A DNA stretch of 64,000 nt from assembly GCA_965223545.1 (NCBI GenBank), contig OZ245006.1, forward strand, positions 3,008,001 through 3,072,000, given 5' to 3'. The number at the start of each line of letters is the position of its first letter. The stretch's first letter is position 1. Of this stretch, positions 27,531-37,223 are shown one piece after another. Source of the stretch: Planctomycetota bacterium (lineage in GTDB: Bacteria; Planctomycetota; UBA1135; UBA2386). A program made the translations under genes and the position numbers. The notes beneath the pieces are model-generated. The model was not told where the DNA came from and made no database searches. It saw only the letters and a list, made by a program, of their open reading frames with translations.

Positions 27531-29933
27531 TCAACGCAGCGGCACCTCGAAGAAGTCCGGCCGCGGCCGCGCGGAGAACCGGCCCAACAAGTGCGGCCTC
27601 GGTTGCAACGGCAAGAACACGCTGTCGTTGGTCCGCAGGATGTCTCTCAGGCGCGCGGCCTGTGGAGACCAGTCCGGATCCCCGGCGGTGCGGTTCTCGG
27701 CGTGGAACGTCGCGATCTCGTCGACCAGTGCCAGCGCACGTTCCCGATCGCCGGACCCCGCCGTCATGGCGATCAGGCGAACGTAGCGGTCGACCAGCCA
27801 GTTCAGGTCCCAGCGACGGGTGCCGAAGCGCCGCAGGCCGTAGTCGACCTGCCGCTGGTGCAGGTGGATCAACCGCTGCCAACGCTGGTGGCGGATCAGC
27901 AGCTGGGTGATCGGCGAGCGCACGAAACGGGGGGTCTGCCGCTCCGGGTTGAGCTTGGCCAGCATCTCCTGCGCCAGATCCTCGTCGCCGTGATCCATGG
28001 CGATCTGCGCCAGCATCGAGATGGTCTCGACGAAACGCGGCAGGAGGCCGAGGGCGGTGCGCAGTTGATGGATCGCTTCCTCTCGACGCCCCTCCTGCAC
28101 GAAGAGCTGGGCGAGCCGCAAGTAGATCAGGATCCGGTTGGGAGCGATCTGACGCGCCCGCTCATACACCTCGCGGGCCTCGGGGGCTCTGCCCAACGCG
28201 GCCAGGAGCTCGGCGAGCGCCACGTGGCTGCGCACTTGACCATGGCGCTGCTCCTCCTCGAGGGCCTGCAACGCCAAGCGCGCGACCTCGAACGCCACCG
28301 GCTTGGGTGCGCGCGGATCGGACAGCAACCTGGTCGCCACGGTTCCGGCCTGCTCCGCGATCTCGCGCGTGGCAAACGTGTCCATCTGCATGAGCTCGCG
28401 AAACAAGACGTCGGGTCGGTCCTCAGGCCCGGTCTGCTGGATCGCCCGGGTGAGGCGCGCGGCGGCCTCGATGTTGGGCACGTTGATCCGGTAGGCGACC
28501 GTCGCGGTGGTGATGCCGACGGCCGCGGTGACCAGGGCGAGCCGCCCGCGGGGCCAACCACCGGCCGGCGCCGCCTCCGGCGGTGGCTGGGAACCGCTGC
28601 GCAGCGCGGCGATCACCGAGAAGAACAGGATCTGACCACACAGGTTGGGCGGCTCGTAGCACAACGCACTCAGCTCGGCGACCAAGACCGCCGCGAACAG
28701 AGCGCGCTCGAGCCCGGGCCAGGCCGACGTACGCCAGGTGTTGCGGATCCCCGCCCACAAGAACCAGCTCAGCGCGGCCAGCCCCAGAATCCCGCCCGCG
28801 GTCACCGACTCCAGGAAGACGTTGTGCGAGTGGTCGTACCAGCTGTTGAGCCGGACCTGACGGGGGTTGTGGTAGGCGTCGAAGACGTACGGGAAGTTGT
28901 TCTGCCCCCACCCGAGGATCGGGTGATCGAGCCATCCCTGGAACACCTGCTCCGCCAACGTCTCTCGCAACCACAAGGCGTGGGACAAGGTGGCGAAGCG
29001 CTTGAAGAACGGCGAGGTCCAGACGAGATCGAAGTCGAAGTAGACGACGATGGTCACGGCGGCGACCAACACCGCGAATGCCGCCAGTGCGATCCAGGCC
29101 AACGTGCGCACGCGTCCCCCTGCCCGCGTCGCGAACAACAGGCTCACCGACAACCCGAGCAGGAGCCCGGCCTGGGCGGAGCGCGTCGACGTGAACCCGA
29201 GACAGAACAGGAACACGACGACCGCCACGCTCCACACCACCCGCGCCACGAGACTGCGCGCCCGCAACAGCATGCACAACGCCAGCGGCACGTGCACCAT
29301 GAGGTAGGCGGCCAAGAAGACCGGGCTGCCCAACCGCGCATCCATGCGGAACTTGAGTCCTTCGCCGCCCACTTGCTGGTGAATCCGGTAGAGCCACCGC
29401 AACTCGGGGTCGAACTGCACGCCCACCTCGCTGTGCAGCCACTGCATGACACAGAACAGCGACACGACGGCACAGGCGCACAGCGAGAGCAAGAAGAAGC
29501 GCTCCCACCACCGGCGGTCGAAGACGATCGAGGCCACCAGCAGGAACGCGAACAGGTGGAGGTCGGCGACCAGCCCCTGCATGCGCTCGAAGTTGCTCCA
29601 AAAGCTCTGCTGCGGGTGCACGCCGAGCACGTCGGCGACCGCCATGATCGCCAGGTACACGGTGAACGCGAGCACCGCGCCGTTCCACCGCGGCCGATAG
29701 CGGCGATCGAAGATCGCGAGGATCAACCAACAACCGGTGACGATCTCGACGATGAAGCGAAACGCGAAGTGCTTCGGTGTGATGTCCGGGAAGAAGAGCG
29801 GTGGGATCGGCTCGGACTGGCCACTGCAAACCAGCGGCAAGAACGGCACCAAGAGCAAGCCATAGCGGGCGATTGCCAAGAGCACGCGCTCGGCAAGCTC
29901 GTCGGGCTGCGTTGTCGCGGAGGTGGGCGGCAT
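27531..29933 (-). CDS. O-antigen ligase (Wzy_C/WaaL-like) family membrane protein with C-terminal TPRs
   Basis: Many TM helices, SFWSNFERMQG, HPILGWGQNNF, YDHSHNVFLE and TPR helices. Probable start is ATG 29933. Confidence 0.85.
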   Translation of the reverse strand: MPPTSATTQPDELAERVLLAIARYGLLLVPFLPLVCSGQSEPIPPLFFPDITPKHFAFRFIVEIVTGCWLILAIFDRRYRPRWNGAVLAFTVYLAIMAVADVLGVHPQQSFWSNFERMQGLVADLHLFAFLLVASIVFDRRWWERFFLLSLCACAVVSLFCVMQWLHSEVGVQFDPELRWLYRIHQQVGGEGLKFRMDARLGSPVFLAAYLMVHVPLALCMLLRARSLVARVVWSVAVVVFLFCLGFTSTRSAQAGLLLGLSVSLLFATRAGGRVRTLAWIALAAFAVLVAAVTIVVYFDFDLVWTSPFFKRFATLSHALWLRETLAEQVFQGWLDHPILGWGQNNFPYVFDAYHNPRQVRLNSWYDHSHNVFLESVTAGGILGLAALSWFLWAGIRNTWRTSAWPGLERALFAAVLVAELSALCYEPPNLCGQILFFSVIAALRSGSQPPPEAAPAGGWPRGRLALVTAAVGITTATVAYRINVPNIEAAARLTRAIQQTGPEDRPDVLFRELMQMDTFATREIAEQAGTVATRLLSDPRAPKPVAFEVARLALQALEEEQRHGQVRSHVALAELLAALGRAPEAREVYERARQIAPNRILIYLRLAQLFVQEGRREEAIHQLRTALGLLPRFVETISMLAQIAMDHGDEDLAQEMLAKLNPERQTPRFVRSPITQLLIRHQRWQRLIHLHQRQVDYGLRRFGTRRWDLNWLVDRYVRLIAMTAGSGDRERALALVDEIATFHAENRTAGDPDWSPQAARLRDILRTNDSVFLPLQPRPHLLGRFSARPRPDFFEVPLR

Positions 29934-30127
29934 GAAGGTCTGGTCGAGGGGATCTTTCGAGCCCGAAGCCGATTTCGCAAGCACCGGACCGGCTTCCAAC
30001 TCAGCGTGACGGGGGCCGCAACCAACGCTGCGGCGGGGGCCGACGCCCGTATTGCTCTCGAGCGTCCCGGAGTTGCGGTTTCGAGATCCTCACGACAACC
30101 GGCCTTCGGCAGTGTTGTCGCCGCGCC

Positions 30128-32374
30128 TCAGCCACGCGGCAGCCCGAGCTCCTGCAAGCGACGCAGGGTCGCCTCGGCATCGTTCACCTTGCCTTGGCTG
30201 CGCTGGCTCTCCGCCAGCTGTCGGAACACTGCGTCGACCTCCGCCGGCTCGGCGAGTCCGTGCCGCAACGCAAACCGCGCGTTGTTGGCAGCCCTTGCCA
30301 GGATCGTCTCCGCCAGGTCGTGCCGGCCGCGCGTTCGCAGCACTTCCATCAGCGCCGGCGCGGGCGCGACCCAACGATCCGGCGGCAGGATCCGGAGCAA
30401 GAGGCGCTCCGCCAGCGCGTCCTCCCGCCCGCCTCCGTGCAGAGCGACGACGGCGTAGATCAGCGCTGCCTCGCGGTAGCTGGGCTCGAGCTCGTACGCG
30501 CGGCGGGCCAACTCCATGGCGCGCGGCCAGCGACCGAGCCCCAGCATCGCCTCGGCGAGCGCGTGCAGAATCTGCGGCTTGGTCGGCGACAACTCGAGCG
30601 CCCGCTCCAGCAACGGGACCGCCTCGGAGTAGCGCCGCGCCTTGTTGAGAAGATCACCGGTCAGCGTGAGCACTTTCGCCGTCGGCCGCCGCTCGCGCAG
30701 CTCGTCGCGCATGCCGGCGACGGCGAGGTCGACGAACTCGGTCACCAGCGGACTGGCGCGCCCCTGCCCCAGCACCTCGGTCGCCAGCACGACGGCCTGC
30801 TCGCGGACGTCCGAGCGACCGAACGACTCGATGGCCATCGCCTCACCGATCGCCGGCACGCGCCGCCCCCGGCGCTCGACCACCGGTTCCGCGAACGCCC
30901 GTGCCGCCAGCGCAGCGCTGCGGGCAGCCGGCGCGTTGACGAACCAGGTCGCCACCGGAATCGCGACCGCCGCCGCCAGCAGCCCGACCTTGGCCGCCGC
31001 CGGCCACGACCTGCCCGGCGGGGGCCCCGCCGCCGCCCGCGCCCGGCTCTCGGCCAGGGCGAAGAGCGAAAACATCAGCAGGTAGCTGCCCAAGTGGTCG
31101 AGCTGCATGCTGAGGAAGGTGACGTGGCCGCACCAGAGGGCGACGACCATGGCCCGGTCCAACACACCCGGCAGCAGCTTGTGGCGGCAGACCATGAACA
31201 CGGGCAGCACCAAGAGCACGACGTAGGCCACCGCACCGAGGACGCCACCCGCCACCAGCCATCCGAGCAGCACGTTGTGCGGCTGGTCGAACCACATCCG
31301 GTCGACGTAGAGCTCGGGCGGGTGGTGGCGGTCGAACACGACGCCGAAGCACTCTTGGCCCCAACCGAGCAGCGGCCGCTCCATGACGCCCTGCCAAGCC
31401 GCCACCCACATGTCCCAGCGGCGCTCGAGCGTCGCGCCCGAGAATCTCAACCGTTCGGCACCCACGCTCGCGAGCCACTCGGGCCGGGTGACGACCAGCG
31501 CGCCGAGCACGACCAAGCCGAGCACGGTGCACCCGACCGCGGCCCAGGCCACGCGGCGGACGCCCGGGCGCTGCCCGGAATCCAGGGCCAGCACCAGCAA
31601 GGCGGCGCCGCCGCCGGTCAGCAGACCGAGCTCGGCGATGCGGGTTTGCGTCCAATGACACACGCAGACGAACCAGGCCGCCGCCAACAGCGCCGCCCAC
31701 CGCCGCGCACCCCGACACCGCAACCCGAACCACACCGCCAGCAGCGCGTGCGTCTGCAAGTAGGCGCCGAGGAACACCGGACTGCCGAACGCGGCATCGA
31801 CGCGCAGGTAGCGCGGATCGATGGTCCGCGCGTGGCTGACCAACAGAGCGCCCAGGCGGCCTTCCAGATCGAGCAAGCCATGGGTTCCCAGCCACTGGAG
31901 AGTTCCCGACAACGCGATCCACGCCGCCGCGGCCAACGAGCAGCAGGCGAACCGGCGCCACCAAGTCAGCGAATCGAACACCGTGCTCGCCATCACCGCG
32001 AAGCCGGCCAGATGCACGACCCCGATCCACCCCTCCATGCGCTCGAGGCTGCTCCACAGGCTGCGCTGCGGATCGAACCCCAGAGCATCCGCAAACGCCG
32101 TCACCACGACGAACGCGAGCAGCGCCCACATGGCGAGCGATCGCCGCGGCCGAAACTCCGGGTGCCGGCCGATCAGCACCAGCCAGAGCGCGAACAACAC
32201 CGCGGTGAGCGCGCGGAACGCGAAATGCTTGGCGGTGACGGCCGGGTACAGCAGCGCCGGCGATCCCCAGCCGGCAACCACCGGCATCAGCAACGGCACC
32301 AGCAAGAGGCCGTAGCGAACCAGGGTCGCGGCCAAGGCCGGTGGCGGCGCGGCGCGCTGGGTCACGGGCGGCAT
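30128..32374 (-). CDS. O-antigen ligase family membrane protein with C-terminal TPRs (paralogue)
   Basis: SLWSSLERMEG, RPLLGWGQECF, FDQPHNVLL and TPR helices (LERALELSP). Collinear with 27531-29933. Confidence 0.85.
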   Translation of the reverse strand: MPPVTQRAAPPPALAATLVRYGLLLVPLLMPVVAGWGSPALLYPAVTAKHFAFRALTAVLFALWLVLIGRHPEFRPRRSLAMWALLAFVVVTAFADALGFDPQRSLWSSLERMEGWIGVVHLAGFAVMASTVFDSLTWWRRFACCSLAAAAWIALSGTLQWLGTHGLLDLEGRLGALLVSHARTIDPRYLRVDAAFGSPVFLGAYLQTHALLAVWFGLRCRGARRWAALLAAAWFVCVCHWTQTRIAELGLLTGGGAALLVLALDSGQRPGVRRVAWAAVGCTVLGLVVLGALVVTRPEWLASVGAERLRFSGATLERRWDMWVAAWQGVMERPLLGWGQECFGVVFDRHHPPELYVDRMWFDQPHNVLLGWLVAGGVLGAVAYVVLLVLPVFMVCRHKLLPGVLDRAMVVALWCGHVTFLSMQLDHLGSYLLMFSLFALAESRARAAAGPPPGRSWPAAAKVGLLAAAVAIPVATWFVNAPAARSAALAARAFAEPVVERRGRRVPAIGEAMAIESFGRSDVREQAVVLATEVLGQGRASPLVTEFVDLAVAGMRDELRERRPTAKVLTLTGDLLNKARRYSEAVPLLERALELSPTKPQILHALAEAMLGLGRWPRAMELARRAYELEPSYREAALIYAVVALHGGGREDALAERLLLRILPPDRWVAPAPALMEVLRTRGRHDLAETILARAANNARFALRHGLAEPAEVDAVFRQLAESQRSQGKVNDAEATLRRLQELGLPRG

Positions 32375-32380
32375 GACCGG

Positions 32381-33718
32381 TCAGCGCGGTCGCCAACCGA
32401 CCGGCTGCACCCAGGATTGCTGTAAGGCGCCGTCGAACGCCGGGTTCTCCGCCGCCAGCGACGAGGACACGACGGCGCGCACGTAGAGCTCGTCGCCCGC
32501 TAGATCGTACGCGGGCGCAGTCCCCTCGACGCGAGCCAGGACTTCACCCACGTCGGCCGAATAGCGGCGCGTGGCGCGCATCACCTTGCCGTCCTGGTCG
32601 ACCACCGGTGCGCTGCGGCGGTCGTAGCCGCGCCGCGTGCCGATGAACTCGGTGACGTAGCGGGCACCCGCTTGCGGCCGGATCTGCAGGCGCAATCGCC
32701 GAGCGGCCGCGTCGAAGACGACGTCGTCCAGCACGACGCCACTCGAGCCGTAGAACTCACCCTGTTGCATGGCCTCGATCAGGGCGCGCGCGGACAACTC
32801 GGCCGCGCGCACCATGATCCAGCCACGGCCCGGCGACGCCCCGTGCTTGCCGAAGTACTGGTGGCTGTCGTCGGTCGCGACGCCGAACAGCGGCGGCGCG
32901 CCGAGCTCCGCCAAGCGAATCGTGTTGGCGACGTCCCACATGTCGTCGACGCTGGCATGATCCTTGTCGCCAGCCTGCGCCACGCTGGGATGGCCGTTGA
33001 AGATCTCGAAGAACTGCTCCTCGACGACGTGCGCCAAGTCCTCGGCCGTGATCGCCCAGCCGTAGTTGGGGTGGTTTACGTGCGCGAGGATTGGACCACC
33101 CGAAGCAGCGGCTTCGGCATGCACCGCCTGCAGAATCCGGCGCAACACATCGCGCACGTCGTCCCCGCCCGGAGGCGGAATCGCGCGCACGAGGTTGATC
33201 GCATTGACGTGCAAGGGCAGCGAATCGAACTGATCGGTGATCTCCTCGGCGGTGATCAGGGCGAACCGGCCGGGTTCCTCGAGCAGGCTGCGGACCTCGT
33301 CCAGCCGCTTGAGCCGCACTTGCAGCGCACCGTCGACCCGACGGGTCTCCACCCAGTCTCCTTCGAAAGCACGCCGATAGCGCGATAGGCCGGTCCGACC
33401 ACCGCGGCGGATCACATCATCGTTGTCGATCCACCGCTCGTGATCGGCGACGATGTTGTGGTCCGACAAAGCCAAGAAGTGGTAGCCGCGCTCGCGGTAC
33501 CAGCGGGCCACCATCTCCGGAAAGTCGTTGCCGTCGCTCCAGAGCGTGTGGGTGTGCAGGTTGCCCTTCCACCAACGCGCGGCAGGCAGGGGTCGGGCCG
33601 CACGGGACCCATCGGCATCCGTGGCGTCCCGCTCGGCGACGCGGCAGCCGACGAGCTCGGCGACCAGGCCGCAGGCGATGAGGCCGACACCGAGCCGGAA
33701 TAGCCATCGCGCCAACAC
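32381..33718 (-). CDS. Exported PHP-family metallo-phosphoesterase
   Basis: WWKGNLHTHTLWSDG, LSDHN, VNHPN and TDDSH. Probable GTG start at 33718 with a lipoprotein-like LVGC. Confidence 0.8.
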   Translation of the reverse strand: MLARWLFRLGVGLIACGLVAELVGCRVAERDATDADGSRAARPLPAARWWKGNLHTHTLWSDGNDFPEMVARWYRERGYHFLALSDHNIVADHERWIDNDDVIRRGGRTGLSRYRRAFEGDWVETRRVDGALQVRLKRLDEVRSLLEEPGRFALITAEEITDQFDSLPLHVNAINLVRAIPPPGGDDVRDVLRRILQAVHAEAAASGGPILAHVNHPNYGWAITAEDLAHVVEEQFFEIFNGHPSVAQAGDKDHASVDDMWDVANTIRLAELGAPPLFGVATDDSHQYFGKHGASPGRGWIMVRAAELSARALIEAMQQGEFYGSSGVVLDDVVFDAAARRLRLQIRPQAGARYVTEFIGTRRGYDRRSAPVVDQDGKVMRATRRYSADVGEVLARVEGTAPAYDLAGDELYVRAVVSSSLAAENPAFDGALQQSWVQPVGWRPR

Positions 33719-33848
33719 GAGCGGCGACGGTAGGGGACGAGGAGGTGCCGGGGCAACGATCCGGTCGGCCAACGGCCGTTGGCACGGGTGCGACCGCCGG
33801 ATCCTGACTCGGGAAGCGCGCCCGAACCGGTTTCCGAGCCAGCGCAAG

Positions 33849-33866
33849 CTGCGTTATACTACGCAG
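33849..33866 (+). promoter_or_regulatory. Candidate sigma70 -10 box inside a short palindrome in a divergent intergenic region
   Basis: CTGCGT-TATACT-ACGCAG, about 90 bp upstream of ATG 33958. Confidence 0.35.
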
Positions 33867-33957
33867 ATCCGTTTCGCGGCCATCGCCGCGTGGGCCCGCG
33901 GGAAAGCCTCCGCCTGGGGATCGGGTTCTCCCCCATTTCACCACTCCTCCCACGACC

Positions 33958-35796
33958 ATGCTTCGACCTCAGTGTTCCGCTGCCCTGTGCATGCTGATCG
34001 CCCTGGGCCACGTCCTCCCCGCCCAGAACTCGGTCCTCGACGCCTACGAGGGCTTTGATTACAGCCAACAGGCCCTGCACAACGCCGCCCGCGGCAACGG
34101 TTTCTCCGCGCCATGGATCGGCGTCGAGCCGGACATCAACGGCCTGGTCAGCTGGTGGCCGTTGGATGGGTCGGCGGGCGATGTGGGCCCCTACGGCAGC
34201 CACGGCACGGAGTTCTTCGCCAAGTACGCGGCGACCACCAACTTGCCGTGGTCCACCGATGCCCTGCTCCTCGATGGCTCCAACCACATCGAGCTGACCG
34301 CGCACTTGAGCCGCTACCTGGCGATGTACGGGGGCACGGTCGCGTACTGGGTGCGCACTTCGGAGAGCGCGCCCAGCCGACCGGTCTTGGTGATCAGCTC
34401 GACCACCATCCCGCGGTATCAGGCAGCGCTCGAGATCAACGCCGGCAACACGACGTTCGATGTCGAAGGCGATGTGTATACCAATGGCGCCGCCCTCCGT
34501 GGGGCGGGCGTTGCGGACGGAAACTGGCACCACGTCGCCATGCGCGCCAACGGCAACGGCGACTGCGACATCTTCGTCGACGGAGCCCGATCCGCGACCC
34601 GCAACGAGGGCTTCTTCGGCTACGCGCCGGCATCCGACGTGATGTTCATCGGCCACTCGGAGGTCGGCGGCCAGGCCAACAACTTCATCGGCGAGATCGA
34701 CGATCTCGCGATCTGGAACAGCGCGCTCACCGACCAAGAGATCGATGACCTCGCCAACAAGCTCTACCCACCGATCGGCGCCGTCGGCACGTCGCTCGGC
34801 CCGGGCCCCACGTTGACCAACCAGTCGCTCAGCAACAGCGCCTACGCCGGGACCGGCCTGGACTCGCGCGGCGGCGCCTTTCGGGACTCGACCGGAATGC
34901 GTGCCATCCGGTTCCTCGGATCGACGATCGACACGACGTCGGCGGGCGAGACGTACATCAGCTTCTTGGCCCGGCGCGAAGACGGCACCGCCACGCGTGG
35001 CCTCGTCATGGAAGCCGCGGAGTTTGGCACGCTAGCGTGTGTCATCGGCTGGACCAACACCGGCAACTGGCAGCTCGGCCTGCGCCGAGGGCTGCAGGGG
35101 CCGGTCATGAACGACGCCACGACTTACTTCTGCGTGGTGCAGATCCTTCGCACGCAGGGCGGTGGTGACGCCATTTCGTTGAAGGCGTACGCGCCCGGCG
35201 AGACCGTACACACCGACCCGTCGCAGCTGTCCGGCGTCGGCACCGCCGCGAACAACTGGACCATGACCGTCTCCGAGCGCAGCCAGGTCGTCGCAACGCA
35301 CCTGTTGATTACGCCGCAGTCCACGGACCCCACCAATGACGGGGTGGCCCTCTTGGACGAGCTCCGCATCGGCTCGACCTGGGAGACCGCCACGTCGAAG
35401 TGGTTCGGTCAGGGCTGTGGTGGCCTGACGATCGGCACCAACAACTCCGCGGAACTCGGCAGCAGGAACTTCGCGGTGACGCTGTCGGGCGCGCAGTCCT
35501 CGAGCCCTGCGTTCTTGTTCCTCGGCCTGAGCAACGCGGTCTGGTTCAGCAACCTTCTGCCCCTGGACCTCACCAGCAACGGCGCCCCCGGCTGCTTCCT
35601 GCTGGCCGCACCCGACGGCATCCTCAACAACTCCACGAGCGCGGGGGGGACCGCCAGCCAGCCCCTGCCGATCCCCAACCTCGCCCCTCTCGGTGGCCTG
35701 TGGTTGTTCGCACAGTGGATGGCCGCGGACTCGTCGACGCCAAACCCGTTGAAGGCCGGCTTCTCGAATGGCCATCAGATCCTGCTGCACCACTGA
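33958..35796 (+). CDS. Secreted LamG/concanavalin-like domain protein with a shared C-terminal domain
   Basis: Signal peptide, GLVSWWPLDG, DGNWHHVA and FIGEIDDLAIWNSALT (LamG_3-type), then an FGQGC...LPLDL..GAPGC...IPN...Q...SN tail. Confidence 0.8.
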   Translation: MLRPQCSAALCMLIALGHVLPAQNSVLDAYEGFDYSQQALHNAARGNGFSAPWIGVEPDINGLVSWWPLDGSAGDVGPYGSHGTEFFAKYAATTNLPWSTDALLLDGSNHIELTAHLSRYLAMYGGTVAYWVRTSESAPSRPVLVISSTTIPRYQAALEINAGNTTFDVEGDVYTNGAALRGAGVADGNWHHVAMRANGNGDCDIFVDGARSATRNEGFFGYAPASDVMFIGHSEVGGQANNFIGEIDDLAIWNSALTDQEIDDLANKLYPPIGAVGTSLGPGPTLTNQSLSNSAYAGTGLDSRGGAFRDSTGMRAIRFLGSTIDTTSAGETYISFLARREDGTATRGLVMEAAEFGTLACVIGWTNTGNWQLGLRRGLQGPVMNDATTYFCVVQILRTQGGGDAISLKAYAPGETVHTDPSQLSGVGTAANNWTMTVSERSQVVATHLLITPQSTDPTNDGVALLDELRIGSTWETATSKWFGQGCGGLTIGTNNSAELGSRNFAVTLSGAQSSSPAFLFLGLSNAVWFSNLLPLDLTSNGAPGCFLLAAPDGILNNSTSAGGTASQPLPIPNLAPLGGLWLFAQWMAADSSTPNPLKAGFSNGHQILLHH

Positions 35797-35860
35797 CGCC
35801 CGTCCGTCCCGCCGTTGAACGAGATCCCCCACAGCGCGTGGGCCTGAGCGCGTCTCCGCC

Positions 35861-37075
35861 GTGACGAAGACGCTCGTCATGACCTTCCCGACCACGCTCG
35901 GGGTGCTCGGCGGCGGCACGGTCGGCTGCATCGAGATCGTGCGGGCGCTACAGCAGGCCGGCGTGCAGGTCATCCTCTGCCTGGCCGACACGCGCATCCT
36001 CAACCGCGGCGTGTTCCGCTGCCCACCGCTCGAGGAGGAGTACCAGGGACGCGAGGCGGAGCAGATGCTGCGCGACCTGGGCGTCGAGATCGTGCGCGTG
36101 CCGCCGGTGCGCAGCCACTTTCTCTACGACTGCCTGCCGATGCGCGACGTCGTGCTGAGGCTGTGCGACCAGCGGCCCGTCGACGCCGTGCTCGGCTGGC
36201 ACCACGAGCTGACCAAGCTGCCGATCCCGCTCGCCAAGCGTGGCATCCCCACCGGCATGTTCGTCGCGGGGTGGTACAACCGGTTTCGGCGGCATGAGAT
36301 CCGCGCCAACGGCGGCAACCTCAAGGAACGCTGGAAGCTGCGGGCGGAGAAGCACTTCCTGCGTCAGGGTCTGGAAGGAGTCGATTGCGTCTTCGCCATC
36401 TCGCAGTGGTCGCGCAGCGAGATCGTCGACGTCTTCGACCTCGACGCCAACCGAGTGCACGTGGTGTATTGGGGTGTCGACCCTGTGTTCGCGACCCCCA
36501 CCCGCGAGCCGCGGGACCAGGTGCGCAACTTCCTGTTCTACGGCTCACAGAACCCCCGCAAGGGCGCCCTCGAAGCCATGGAGGCGCTCGCCAGCTTGGC
36601 GGAGAAGGGGCAGCGGGACTGGGTCTACAAGGTGGTGTGGCTGCACACCGACAGGGTCGCGGCGCGGGCGGCGGAGCTCGGCATCAGCGAGCAAGTGGTA
36701 CCGATCGCGCCGATGGACCACGCGGGCCTCGTGCGCGAGCTGCAATGGGCGCAAGTCGCCGTGCTCCCCTCGCTGTTCGAATCGTTCGGCCTGGCCTGCG
36801 CGGAAGCGCTCACCAGCGGCATCCCGGTGATCGCCTACGACTGCGCGGGGGTACCGGAGGTCGTGCGCCACGGGGTCGACGGCTGGCTGGTGGAGAACGG
36901 GCGCAAGGAGCAGCTCGAGCACCCGATCGCCGAGGCGATCGCGCAGCCGCGCCGCACGTTCGAGATGGGACTCGCGGGCCGCGAGCGGGCGCAACGGGAC
37001 TTCACTTGGAGCCAGGCAGCAACCTCCCTGCTCGAGCACCTGGACGCCGCTCGCGACCGGCGACAAAGAGCCTGA
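35861..37075 (+). CDS. Glycosyltransferase family 4 (GT-B)
   Basis: VYWGVD, RKG and PSLFESFGLACAEALTSGIPVI (EX7E). Confidence 0.9.
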   Translation: MTKTLVMTFPTTLGVLGGGTVGCIEIVRALQQAGVQVILCLADTRILNRGVFRCPPLEEEYQGREAEQMLRDLGVEIVRVPPVRSHFLYDCLPMRDVVLRLCDQRPVDAVLGWHHELTKLPIPLAKRGIPTGMFVAGWYNRFRRHEIRANGGNLKERWKLRAEKHFLRQGLEGVDCVFAISQWSRSEIVDVFDLDANRVHVVYWGVDPVFATPTREPRDQVRNFLFYGSQNPRKGALEAMEALASLAEKGQRDWVYKVVWLHTDRVAARAAELGISEQVVPIAPMDHAGLVRELQWAQVAVLPSLFESFGLACAEALTSGIPVIAYDCAGVPEVVRHGVDGWLVENGRKEQLEHPIAEAIAQPRRTFEMGLAGRERAQRDFTWSQAATSLLEHLDAARDRRQRA

Positions 37076-37223
37076 AGACGCGCTTTCTCGAGTCCGATCG
37101 CCGCCGCCCCGGACGCCAGTGATCTGGCCCGGCGCACTTCGTGACCCGTCAGCGGAACGGAGTTTGCAACTCGGGTTGCACTGCCCCCCATCCCTCCCGT
37201 TCCAAAGAAGGAGTCGGACGAGA

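Noticed and set aside
27468..30458. 996-aa plus-strand ORF
   Set aside because: Antisense shadow of the O-antigen ligase gene.
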